Origin: Lingula anatina
Taxonomy: Eukaryota > Animalia > Brachiopoda
NCBI GenBank assembly: GCA_051362555.1
Contig: CM120642.1
Coordinates: 15,376,001-15,440,000, forward strand
DNA: 64,000 nt
Reading direction: 5' to 3'
Part shown: positions 50,401 to 62,700 of the stretch, piece after piece
How the letters are laid out: each line of letters opens with the position of its first letter
How positions within the stretch are numbered: the first letter of the stretch is position 1
Made by a program: the position numbers and the translations under genes
Notes under the pieces: model-generated
What the model was told of the DNA's origin: nothing
Database searches by the model: none
What the model saw: the letters and a program-made list of their open reading frames with translations, nothing else

Positions 50401-53400
50401 CATGTCACTTACTGTTCTCAAACTTACAGGAAAGAAACATGGGACTAAGATACAGTTTAATTAGGCAATGCAGTCTGTTTGGTAATTCTTTCTGGCAGTT
50501 AATCGGTTTTTTGTGAAAATTTAATTTTTCACATATTGGCATTTTCAAGGTGTGACTTAGAACCTCCACGGGCTTGAAGACCCATGCTAGTCACATTTTC
50601 TGAAAATCCACGATACATATATTTTATTATGTACATATTGCCATCACCTGCATCTGTCGTCGCCGTCCATGTTGCCGTCGCCGTGCACTTTTATCCTTAA
50701 CACCATAAGTGGAAGACAGTTTTACTTTTTGGCTTTATATTTACAGAGCTGATGAATATTCATAAAACGCAGGTCAAGTTCGAAAATCAACATGATCGAG
50801 GCATTATTGTAGAAGTTATGCTGTTTTTTTTTCACTTTTCAGCATATATGCAACACTGTTAACACAATATAAGAAAAACATATAGGCCAGTTGTCATGAA
50901 ACTCACAGGAGTGGTTAATCTTACTAAAATGCAGGTCAAGTTCGAAAATCGGCATGATTGGGCCACTATTTTAGTAGTTATGCTGTTTTTTTCACTTTTC
51001 AGCATATATACAACACTGTTAACACAATATAAGAAAAACAGATAGGCCAATTGTCATGAAACTCACAGGAGTGGTTAATCTTACTAAAACTCAGGTTGAG
51101 TTTGAAAATCAGCATAATCGGGCCATTATTTTAGAAGTTATGCTGTTTTTTTCACATTTCCTCAGATTCAATTCTTAGGCATGTTAACAGTTTCATTATT
51201 TAATTAATAAGATACGTAAAAGTGTTTGTTTGACATTTCCTGCATCTTTACAACATTGTTGGTTGATTTTGTAAAAATGATGGTAAACTTGTTATCGTGT
51301 ATTGTGTAATAAAGTTTCAAAAATGGAAATAAACTCATATCATTGCAGTTTGTCAGATTCAATCATTCACTATGTTCAGAATCTCAGAATGGAAGAAATT
51401 GGACATTTAACACTGCTCTATTGATATTTTTCCCATCTCATCAATTTTTTTAGTTGATCATATATAAATGGCAGTAAACTGTTAATTTTGTTTTATGTTA
51501 AAAATTGTTAAAAATGTGGAAAAAAACATTTCAGAACAGTGCTGTCTTGTTTACATTTTGGCATTTTCAAGTTGTGACTTTGAAGTTCCATGGGCCAGAA
51601 GACCTTTGCTAGTCACATTTTCTGAATATCCATGATACTAATATTTTATTATTAGAAATTGATGGTCATTATGCTGTTTAACATTATGTAATATTGCATC
51701 AAAATTTGAAAAAAAAACTATTTTTGGGCACTGCTACTATGATGACCATTTAAGAAAAACCATGTCACTTACTGTTCTCAAACTTACAGGAAAGAAACTT
51801 GGGACTAAAACATAGCTTCAGTAGGCAATGCAATCTGCCAGTTAAACATTTTTTTGTGAAAATTTAATTTTTCACATATTGGCATTTTCAATGTGTGACT
51901 TTGAAGTTCCACAGGCTTGAAGACCCATGATAGTCACATTTTCTGAAAATCCATGATAGGTATATTTTCTTATTAAAAATTGATTGTCATTATGCTGTAA
52001 ACCATTATGTAATATTGCATCAGAATAGAAGAAAACACAATTTTGGGTGCTGCTGCCATGATGACCATTATGAGAAAACCATGTTACTTATGATTGCAAA
52101 ACTTTCAAAAAAGAAATACAGGACTAAAATGCAGCCTGACGTTGGAAAAGCAGTCTAATTAACTTCTTTTTCTGGAAGTTTTACATCTTCAAAGTGTGAA
52201 CTTGAACTTCCATGGGCCTGAAGCCTTATGCTTGGTACACATTTTACTTACATTGGTATTACCTGTTGAGCATAATTAAAATTTGATGTTGAATTTGCAG
52301 TTTAACATAATGTACTTTTGTATCAGAATTGACAGTAGCCTATTTTGTTATTTCCTGCTTTTTGTCTGTACATTTGACAGCTTTGCTGCCTTGTTTTAGT
52401 TTTGTCTTAAATTAAGCTGCTACACTGTATTCCGTGCGTTTAAAATTTAACCGTCTGTAAAAACAGCAATAATGGATTACTAGCAACACTTACGTTACGC
52501 AATGAAGCACCGAAAATGGGTGAAGAAAATGTGTCTCAGTAATATGCGTGTTTGCCACTCATAATGCACTGTACTTTGTTTGAATAAGCAATAAACTATT
52601 TTTGATCTTAGGTTATCCATTGTTCGTTATCAGAGTTAACAGATTCTTTGTGTGATTTTTTTTTCAGAATCCCAAGAGTGGATGCCTTAGTGAGCACAGA
52701 ACAGATATCACCATTGGTCCACATATGTCAGGAAGAATGTTATAATTATGAACTTTGTGTTACACTGAACTTCATTTTGTTAAATTTTGTATTTAACTGA
52801 ACGTTATTGTGTTAAAATAATAATTAAAAAAATAATAATTCAGATAAAAAACTACAATCTGGAACATTCTTTAGATCAACTTTGTTCAGTGTGTGTCCCA
52901 TGTGACAGAGTTACAGTAAATAAAATGTGCATTATTCCTCTGTGTTTGTCAATTCCATTTTAAAAGCATGTGAAAGTGGTGTGCCCCTCATGATTGAAGT
53001 GTGTATGGATAATAGCAAAAATATTGTTATTATTTACATGATTATAAAAAATTGTTGTACCCGCGTCAATGACGTAACCGTGAACCCCATATTCACCATT
53101 TTTATTAATTATGAAATGTGGATTAAATTCTTCAAACCCAGTTTTGAAGCACTGAGACAACACCCCCTAATGATTTAAACTAAAACTGAAAACATTCCAT
53201 TAGACTTTCATTAGTTTGTGCAAAATATATTGCCCAGGGTAACGCGTCTTGGATTTGGTGGGTATAGCTGTTCAACTCTCCTGTGTGCCCTAAAAAGGGC
53301 AGCTGCTGTTTCTCTTTTTATGAAATGATAAACTGTGATGGTGTAGCTATCACATCGCAAAATTACAGCTTCCCAGAGAAAGTTTGAAATTTTCGGTCAA

Positions 53401-54996
53401 ATTCAACATTTTGTAACCACTAGCAAAGATTGACAGATATATGTAGCTTTTCAGGTCAGTTTTGTCACATTTCTAATACAGGTCCTCTGGAGAGAAATTT
53501 GGCTTTGCTGCATCTCAGGAACCTGCCAAGGTGACAGCCAATCAGCAGCAGGCTCAGGAAGTGGACACAGAGGTTGCCATGGAGATGGCCTATCAGCTGT
53601 TAGAAAATGGAAAAGATGACGAAGAAGAAATGGAGTATCCTTGATACATGTTTATTTTTGGTGCATTTACCAAGAATATTGCATTTTTCAAAGTTTTTAC
53701 AATTAATTATTTTTTGATTTGTTGTGTTTCTTATTTGAAAAGACATTAAGATATTGTAAGAATCATCTTGGTAATAGCTGTAACAAATATAATGATAAAC
53801 CATTGTTGAAAGTACGTAAATACCATGTTGAAATTGTTTTTCTTAACTCGGATCAAGATCAGTGTCAGAGGTGAAAATTTTGGTAAGTTTCTTAATATGC
53901 AACTTTGCACCTGTACATTTGTTTTGAATGTAATCAATTTTCATCCTGATCCTTTCTTCATTGTATAGTTTGGATTGGTTTGCTATATCCAGTTCGAACC
54001 ATAAAAGTAATGGTTCCTGTGGGCTATGATATAACATTATTTTTAGTGTGTACTGCTTATTATAAAGGTTTAATTACACAGTTTTCCCTAGGAACCTAGT
54101 ATGAACTTTCTGGAGTTGTTGCTTTGCCATATTGATATAAATGTCTGTTTGAATCATTCCAGGGTCCTGGTACTGGAGCTATAGGGGAGGGAGGTGCTAA
54201 CACATGGGGTGTGGAAAGTGAAGAAGAGAACAGAATGAAGGAAAACAAAACCAGTCAAGTTAACAAGAAAGGTGCAACAGCTGTAGTTGGTAGGCAACAG
54301 TTTCAATTTGTGTCTTTAGACAATGTTTACCAGCAATATAATGAACAGATATAGTTTTGTGTTTAAATTTTTTGTTTAACTGGAAAATAAATTGTTCAAA
54401 TGATAAGTATTGCTATAAAAGTTTGTTATTATATTTTAATTTTATGGTGTCCTGATAACTTTTTATGACTTTTTGTTAAAGTGGAGGTCTTTGATTTTTC
54501 AGATATAACTGGAGAGTTGAGTGGAGACAGTGAGGAGGAAGAAGTTGTAGTGTTAGAGGAGTTGGATGATACTAAAATTGGGAAGGGAAAAGGGTAAGAT
54601 GGAAAAGGAAAATTTCTTGTTTTTCTTGGAATACTGTTTAAAAAAGGACCAAAAAAAAGAATTTCTGCTTGAATTTTTTCTTTTTAACTTTTTGTCTGAA
54701 TTGGGTTTAAATGTTTATTCAGTTTGATTAAAAAAGGTGAATGTCTTTTGTACAGTTTTCATCTCTTCTCTATGCTATATGCACACTAGAGAAAGTAAAT
54801 CAATAATAATATTTATGCTGTTTAGACAATACAATATCATGTCAGTTACCTTTTGGTTGTTTTAACTTAAAGGGACAATAAAGCACCAGACACAATAGAT
54901 CTGACATCCGCTCTGAAACCTATATCCAAGGACTCAAAATCACCTGCAAAAGCGGGTGAAAAATTGAAGAAGAAGAAGAAAAAGACTGGCAGGTGA
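44441..54996 (+). CDS. EXOSC9: Exosome complex component RRP45 (RNase PH-like ring subunit), 14 exons, ~448 aa
   Basis: Exons 44441-44506, 44916-45010, 45345-45464, 45790-45892, 46116-46213, 46494-46533, 46715-46797, 47180-47312, 47622-47710, 53482-53634, 53858-53882, 54163-54289, 54503-54593, 54873-54996 (1347 nt, open). Sequence features: MREVPLTICEREFILKAIAERRRLDGR, ELSPMAAPHFEAGR, IDTESLCIIAGEK, HFRRPDV, SGDSEEEEVVVL phospho-SIM-like motif, Lys-rich C-terminal NLS. Confidence 0.95.
46962..47032. repeat. Perfect 32-bp inverted repeat (hairpin, 7-nt loop) in EXOSC9 intron 7
   Basis: AGTTGCAAGAACAACTTCCCATCAATATTAAT - ATTACCC - ATTAATATTGATGGGAAGTTGTTCTTGCAACT. Confidence 0.95.
48150..53437. 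mobile_element. 5.3-kb non-autonomous TIR DNA element in EXOSC9 intron 9, in a TA target, with nested insertion
   Basis: Inverted termini ATATATCAGTCATTCTTTGCTAGTGGT (48145-48171) and ACCACTAGCAAAGATTGACAGATATAT (53416-53442), 25/27 match; CpG-richer interior; no transposase ORF; accounts for the only large EXOSC9 intron. Confidence 0.65.
49237..52300 (+). mobile_element. Head-to-tail dimer of a Helentron-associated (HINE-like) element with internal ~159-bp and ~310-340-bp repeats
   Basis: T-run then perfect 13-bp hairpin TATGTACAGACAC-AGAA-GTGTCTGTACATA (49241-49270), GCCGTC/GCCGAT microsatellite, 159-bp repeats (49415, 49574, 49733); the whole ~1.37-kb block restarts at ~50628. The 3' end is not resolved. 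Confidence 0.7.
53635..53857 (+). other. EXOSC9: U12-type (minor spliceosome) GT-AG intron of EXOSC9
   Basis: 5' site GTATCCTTG; branch site TTTTTCTTAAC 53837-53847 ending 10 nt before the 3' end; no polypyrimidine tract; needed to keep the reading frame. Confidence 0.85.
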
Positions 54997-55455
54997 TGAT
55001 GATAGTATGGGTAATTTCTTAAATGCCTCTATATAGTCAAGCCACCACAGTAAGTCAGACCCTCTTATATAAGGATTGGTATCAGTGGATTTTCTGCAAC
55101 ATTGGCTACAGTTTCAGAGTGTTGGTGTGTGAATTCACCCAAGTTCTGAGGCAGCTTAGAATTAAAAACTGCCCATGCAATTTCAAGGGAAAGATTTTGG
55201 AGTTTAATCTCCTGCCACGTCAAATCTGTTTTCAGTGGGTGTGTAAAGCTACCTTCTTCTGTCGTGGCTTTTCAAGGTTTTGCCATCTGGCTGCCAGATT
55301 TTCTATTTTCAAAGACCAAGAATGCAGGACCAGTGAAGACTTGGCTTATAATCATAAATTTTCTTGTATAATTCTTACCAAAACTTAATTATTATTAGTT
55401 TTAATTTTTATTTGGTGTCCATTTTGAGTATTTTTAAAACATGAAAAATACTGTG

Positions 55456-55461
55456 AATAAA
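55456..55461 (+). terminator. Probable polyadenylation signal of EXOSC9
   Basis: AATAAA ~460 nt after the stop, followed by T/GT-rich sequence. Confidence 0.55.
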
Positions 55462-56728
55462 ACATGTCTATTTTATAAATTTTGTTTTATTTTCTTTTGT
55501 TTGAATAATGTTTTACATTTTTAATGCAATGCAACATGAACATCTTCCTTTTTACTATACTTTTCAGATAATGGCTTGCTAGACATGTGGGTCACCACTT
55601 GCCCGTCTTATTTATTACAGTTCAAAATTCCACTTTTTTACTCCAATATTATAGTGAATTTGATTTTAAAAATTGGTCACAAGTATTCAGTAATTACTGA
55701 TTTTTTAAATAATGTTCCCAAATTATTTTCCCCAAGTAAGTTTTGTGTGATTGTATTGCCTGAAAGAGTATAAGTTAGATTGTACTACGAGTAATAAAAA
55801 AGTGAATTCTGAAACAAGTTTTTTGACATCACTATGTTAATGAAGGGTTGAAAACTTCACAATCTGAAAAAAGTAATGTATTGGCATAAGCCACAAATAA
55901 CCATACTTATACAATCTTATAATTTTAACATATCTATAAGAAGCTTCCAGAACAATTTGGCCTTCAAACTGGCAATAAAGACAACTTGGGCAAGAATTAA
56001 ATCCCTTCCATAAAACAGAAATGTATATCATAACAGCTATTACAGTACTACAATATTGGAAAAATTTTATATTTGCATTTTGTCAAATAAACTGTCATGG
56101 CTTTACACAAGCATAAAAAAATCTTAAATTTGGCAAGCAAAACTCAATTCAACCTGAAACTATTGGTGAAAAGGTGTAGAACTGCAATATCAATTGAGAA
56201 GATGACCTGCTTTAAATATCTGAATTTAAGTGTTTATCACTTAAATTGGCATTCATGTAATTTCCAAAGCATCAACAAACAAAAATAAATATTTCTAGAG
56301 TATTAGTTTTTCATGTTAAATTTGTTCTTTTATATTCATTATATTTTCTTATCAATGTTAATCGGGAAATTCAAACTTTTTTCCTCAAACATTCAGATGT
56401 CATTGTAAAAGTGACTTGAAACCAATGAAAGGCACTTAGGAGGTAGTGCATTAACATTAGAAAAGTTAATATTGTTAGGTGTGAACTGTGGTTGAAACTG
56501 TCAGTGTAAACATGGTTACTCTCTAACAGATCATACAATACATATAATGTTCCATGCAGAAGCAATAAATATATAAATCTGAGTTTTTATACAGAAGCAA
56601 AGTATAAACAATTTTGAACTTTAAAAACTCTTTATGATGTACTTGAAGGCATTAAACTATTTGCCTATAACAACAGAAAGCTTGCTTTCACGAGTTCTTC
56701 TCAGGTTATTATGATACCATACTAAATA

Positions 56729-59700
56729 TTACACTGGGTCCATCTCCATTTCTTCGTGTGCATTCACAGACAGCAGACTGTTGTACTCATGCCCCTTGGG
56801 TCTGTTTGCTATGTTCAGCTTGCTGACTATGCTCTTAATACTGCCCTTGAGACTGGTCTTCCCATAAATATCGGGGTCAAAGTCGGCGTCCATACCGCAG
56901 TGGACAGAAATATCATCCTCCCCATACTCGTCCCTGCCTGAGCTGAACTTCTGAAAGTACTCTTGTGTCAGGAGATCCTCTCTGTTAGGTTTCTTGAAGC
57001 TGTTGGAATAAAAGAGGAATTGTTTGGAATTATTTGATTGGGCTACATGAAATAATGTTACAAGAGAGGTGACCTTTTAGTTTTATTTTAGACTTTTGTA
57101 ATTACTGAGTGATTTTAAAAATAAATCATTGAATGCCATTTCTGTTTCAAATGTTCAAATATTTCTACAAACAAATGGTTTGAATTGGTCAAAACTTCAT
57201 AAACAGCATCATAATTTTTTTCTCTCAAATGTAGTTTAAAAAATACTCATTTGAGTACTGAGTACATTTTTTCCAACAACCCAATCACTAGCTATGGACC
57301 TAGGAACAAAAATATCACAAAATTAATGTTCTGATGCAGGTATGATTTTTACCTATCAAATATTCTCCAGGCCATATACCCTTTTTATTTTCTTAACTGA
57401 AGTGTGTTAGAATACTGCTGTATACCATCTATTTCTATGGAAGGTTTTGATTTTATTGGGTACACAACCTCAGTGACTATAGCTACCTACTAAAGTGTTA
57501 TGTAAAGGGAAGGGGAGATTAATAATCATGCAATATAATCCCAGTCCTGGAAACAAACCTGAGACAGGAACAGAAAGAGTGAAGTTTGCTGTAAAACAAC
57601 AAAAATGCTGATACAAAAAAGGAGGGAAAAGGTGAAAAAAAAAGCGATAAGCAGGCAGTCCAGGATGCTGGGTAATGAAAAACTTCTTGAAATTATCCCA
57701 AGAGAAGAGACATTAAGTTGCGATTTCAGTTGGCAATTTGCTAAAAGAAATTTTCATTTATTTTACACCCAAAAATTCCTTCTCCAAATAAATAAAAAAA
57801 AAAAAACTTTACTCTTTGCAAGGAACAACAACAGGAAATGGACAAAAATGTCTGGCAAACACACCCTGGCCATATATTCACTTGTCAGAAGATCTTCAGG
57901 ACGTGGCATCTTGAAACTGACCACATTAAGACATAAAGCAATTAATACAAAATTTTATCTAATTTTAGCAAAGTAATTTTTTAAGGGCTTACATTGAAAA
58001 ATGAAAAAAAAAATCAACATTTAAAACAACTTTTGTTATTTTGTTCATAAATCCAAGGAATTTATCTGAAAGTCCCAGCCATATGTATTTTTCAATACTT
58101 TGTACAAAATATGGTGCAATATTAAAGGGATAACAACTCTTTGTATGAGATACATATTTCACAATGAATACATTGTAAACAACTCGTAGATTTATAATAA
58201 ATCAGGGATTAACTTTGAATGTTGGAATGGATTCATTAACCATTGGTAAGTAATGGAAAATTGTTGTTTTTCCAAGGAAAATCCCTTTTTGGCTAAAATG
58301 AACAGTTGTTATCCCTTTAAAGAGTAAGTCTTCAAAATCAAGTGCAAGAAATTGTATTGTCCTTCTACTACACAGATGATACTTACAGTTTCAGCAACAA
58401 TGATGAGCAGACGACAGACACAGATGAGGCAGCCATTGCAGCAGAGGCCATCCATGGCATTAACTCAATACCAATTGGGAATAAAGCACCTGGAAATCAA
58501 ACATCATAATTTTCATTTAGTAAACAGCTTTGTTAACTTACCACAGTTGTTGAAGTAACAAGCTCTACTACCTTCTGGACTAAAAAATTGCTGCCACTAT
58601 GGTGGACAGCCATCTAATCTTTGATCAAATGGAACATGAGTGCATTCATAATTTCATACCAATTTTCCACAAAAATGTGCCATTTTACATATCTCTTTAA
58701 AATTGTCTAAAATCATGACATTTTCCAAAACCATTCCTCTCCTAATTATAATCCACTCACCAGCAGCTACAGGTATTCCCACTATGTTGTAGATGGTAGC
58801 AGCCAGGAAGTTGAACCTTATCCTCCTCACTGTCTTCTTTGACAGACGCATGGCCGCCACCACATCTAACAGGTCATTCTAAAATAACAACAAAAATACT
58901 AAGATATTTAAAAGAGATTTTAATATACTATAGCTATCAGGGAAATATCTTTATAGTAACCATCCCCCCTTCCCCCAAAAAAGTAATCAAATAAGACGGT
59001 ATTTCATTAAAAAGTGCACAAGATATTTGAAAATTGGTACTGTGCACTTGTTTCAAATCATGATGTCTCATATGTCATACTTTTATAACCAACTTCTTCA
59101 TATGAATCAAACTTGCAAAATTTTCCCCATTTCGTTATTATTAGTCATTCTCTTTAATCTAATGTGATAAAATCTGTATAACCATCAAATACATATCTTC
59201 AAAAGCCACAACATCATCCTGATGTCTTACCCTAATTAGCACCACGCCTGCTGCTTCCACGGCAACATCAGTTCCAGTTCCTATGGCAATGCCAAGGTCA
59301 GCCTGTGCCAGGGCAGGGGAATCATTGACCCCATCCCCCACCATGGCAACACGGTGCCCGTCCTTCTGGAGTTGCTTGATCTTGGCCACTTTGTGAGACG
59401 GTAACACTTCTGCAAACACTTTACTGATGCCAACCTAGAATACAGACAGTTCAATGTAAGCCATTATTATATAATAGCACTTTTAATTGTATAAAATATA
59501 ATGCATGTTTTTTAAAATTCCTTTTGCATTCCGTTTCACCATCTAACATACAATATAAGATCATTGGATCAAGCAGGTTCTGATTTTAACAACATAAGGC
59601 AGACTAACTGTTATCTATGTAATAAACAGCTGATACTGTTTACATTATAATGATAATATCTCAGACCATAAACCACACCTGTTTGGCTATTGCCTTAGCT

Positions 59701-62700
59701 GTCTTGAGATTGTCTCCTGTGAGGAGGAAAACATTGAGTCCCATTTTCTTCAGTGTGTACACAGCAAGGTGAGCCTCTTCCTTCACTGTGTCTGCCACGG
59801 CCAGCATGGCAACTATCTCACCTGAGAAAATACAGGTCATTTTATTAATCGCAATCTGCAGTAGGTAACTACTTTTTTTCCTGATGTTCACAGTGTCATT
59901 GGCCAATTTTTTGTCATTGTCAACTTCAATTACCAATGTTAAATCAATCACTTAGTGTTTATTACACTGGAGTTGTTTCACACAATCTATTGTCTAATGC
60001 ACTTTCCATTAAATGTAGTACAAGTTTCCAAAAACAAGGCTACAACAACAACAAAATGTATACCTTCATTTAATTAATTGCTTTGTTAAGCCAAATAGTG
60101 TGCGTGCGTGCATGCATGTGTTCATGTGCACCAGTCCTTCAAAACCCATCCATATTACAAACGAGGAAAGACACCAAAAATGAAATACTAAAGCCTTACC
60201 ATTAATTGCACAGAGTACTGCAGTTTCTCCTTTGTTTTCATGATATGACATCTCCTGATCCATGGCTTCAGTGACTGTCAGCATGTTACGACCCATCCAC
60301 TCCCTGTTACCTATCAATACCTCATAGCCACTGGAGGAGGAGACATCTTGTAGGTCTGGGGACAGAAAATATAACTATAATAATTTATATTACCAATCAA
60401 TACCTCATAGCCACTGGAGGATGGGGCATCTTGTAGGTCTGGGGATAGAAAATATAACTATAATAATTTATATTACCAATCAATACCTCATAGCCACTGG
60501 AGTAGAGGACATCTTGTAGGTCTAAGGATAGAATATATAACTATAATAATTCATATTATGAATCAATACTTTATAGCCACTGGAAGCAGGGACATCTTGC
60601 AGGTCTGAGGATAGAAATATAACTAACATAACAATTTACCCATCAATACCTCATAGCTACTGGAAGAGGGGGCATCTTGCAGATATGGGGATAGAAAATA
60701 TAATAACTTTACATATCAATATCTCACAGTCACTGCAGGAGGGAGCATCTTACAGGTCTGAGGACAGAAAATTATCAAGTCAATTTTTCCAACAAAAAAC
60801 TAGAGTCAACTTGTGCTTTTAACAGTAACCAATACTAAAAGACGTGTATATTGTCTTGGCTAAGCTACCCAGAGATTGACTTTTGTGACCAACTGCTTTT
60901 TAAGAACATATTTCCCAATTCTTGAAACACTGTGCAGATGGCTTGGGTAAAACAACAGATTAACTTAAGATATCACAGAAAATATTGACTTCTGAATTCA
61001 GCTCAAAAAACTGAATGCAGTATTTGAATGTCACATACCTTGTATTTCGTCTCTGTCAATATTAGTGTGTTCTTTGAGAATGTCCTTTGTTTCCATACTG
61101 CTCACCAGATGATCAACATTGGTCACTCTACACTTCAAGCCACAGCCTGGGACAGCTTGGAAATCCAACACCTTGCCCAGGGTCTCTGCACCCAGTGCCT
61201 GCAAATGTGCATTAAATTTAGCAAATAAAAAAAAATTGTATAAGGTTTTAAACAGTTCTTTATAAAATTAATGGATATCTCTCAGACTTTCTGTGTTCAC
61301 TTATGTCATGGAGAATTTGGAACTCTGTGAATCACAGTGAAAGGGTGATGTCCTATCTGCACATGCACCTTCAGTATTCATGGAAACGGGATAATTTGTG
61401 TAATTTGAAGATTATACAACTTTTCGTCGTTACAAATCATTTCCTTCATTATTTCAATCTGATACTCACCTGTTTGGCATATTTGACAATGGCTGCAGCT
61501 ACAGGGTGTTCACTGCTGGTTTCTGCAGTCCCAGTGACAGCTATCACCAGATGTTTGGACAACCCTGTATTAAACAGTGTCAGTCTAGTCAACTCTGCTA
61601 TACCACGAGTTATTGTGCCTGTCTTGTCAAACACAATACTCTGTACCTATGGAGAGAGAAAAGTTACAGTGAAAATTGAAAAGCAACCTCCTATAACTTA
61701 TAATAATTGAAAATATAAAAATTATATTCTGAAACATGTGCACATTTGAATTGCTCATTCTTAAACCACCGATTTCCAAATCTACCTTCATTCACGTACT
61801 ACACTTATGTAAGTTTCCCCAACTGAACATATTTAAAATTCAACAATAAAAATTCTAGCACTTATTTTACCTTGTGCGCAATCTCTAATGGCTCTCCTCC
61901 CTTGATGAGTATCCCGTTAGTGGCGCCCACCCCTGTCCCCACCATAACAGCAGTGGGTGTGGCCAGGCCCAGGGCACAGGGGCAGGCTATTGCTAGAACT
62001 GTGATGGCAAACTTAAACGCATGCTGGAAGATAATTTCGTTCTTGCCCATTCCACTTTCTGACTGAAATAGAAAAAGTTCATGTGGTGTTATTGTATGAA
62101 ATGTCAGATTTTTTTTTTTTTTACCTGACACCTTTTTTTAACTTTATTCAGTCCTTCAGTTTAATCACACATAAAATGAATTTCAGGTACTTATCTTGCA
62201 ATGCTCTCAATATACATCATAGTAACACTTATTTTAAGGGATTTTTTTATCATTTGTGAAAAATTGCATAACAAAAAAAGACTAATTTCTTTTTTTTTTC
62301 TTTACTGTGAATTATTACACACATGTTCACATATATCAAGCACAGAAAAAAAAAAACAAAGCCTTACTTTCCAATGAATGTCCAACTGGTTATAAGTGGC
62401 ATAGCCCACTATAACCCATACTACAGCTGTGAGGAGAGAGATGGTGCAAACCCCAGGGACAAAATAGCCAGCTATGGTGTCTGCCACTGCCTGGAGAGGA
62501 GCCTGGATGAAAATTTTAAAAACAATTGTTTGATAAAACCACTGTAAATAGGGCATACTTATGACATGCCCCGGCTCAATGTTATGATATAGCACTGAAA
62601 GGTGCAGATGCATTAAAATTTTCTATGTGAAGTATCCTTTCTTATAAAAGTATAAGCAATGAATATTCAATTCAGTTGAACCATACAAAAGATTCTTTAA

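Noticed and set aside
52927-53178. Overlapping ORFs on both strands, faintly like a reverse-transcriptase or transposase remnant
   Set aside because: No diagnostic motif; the RT-like frame has multiple stops. A BLASTX would be needed.
55023-57976. Plus-strand ORFs 55023-55388 and 57605-57976 (~120 aa)
   Set aside because: They lie in the EXOSC9 3' UTR and an ATP7 intron; no recognisable domains or splice structure.
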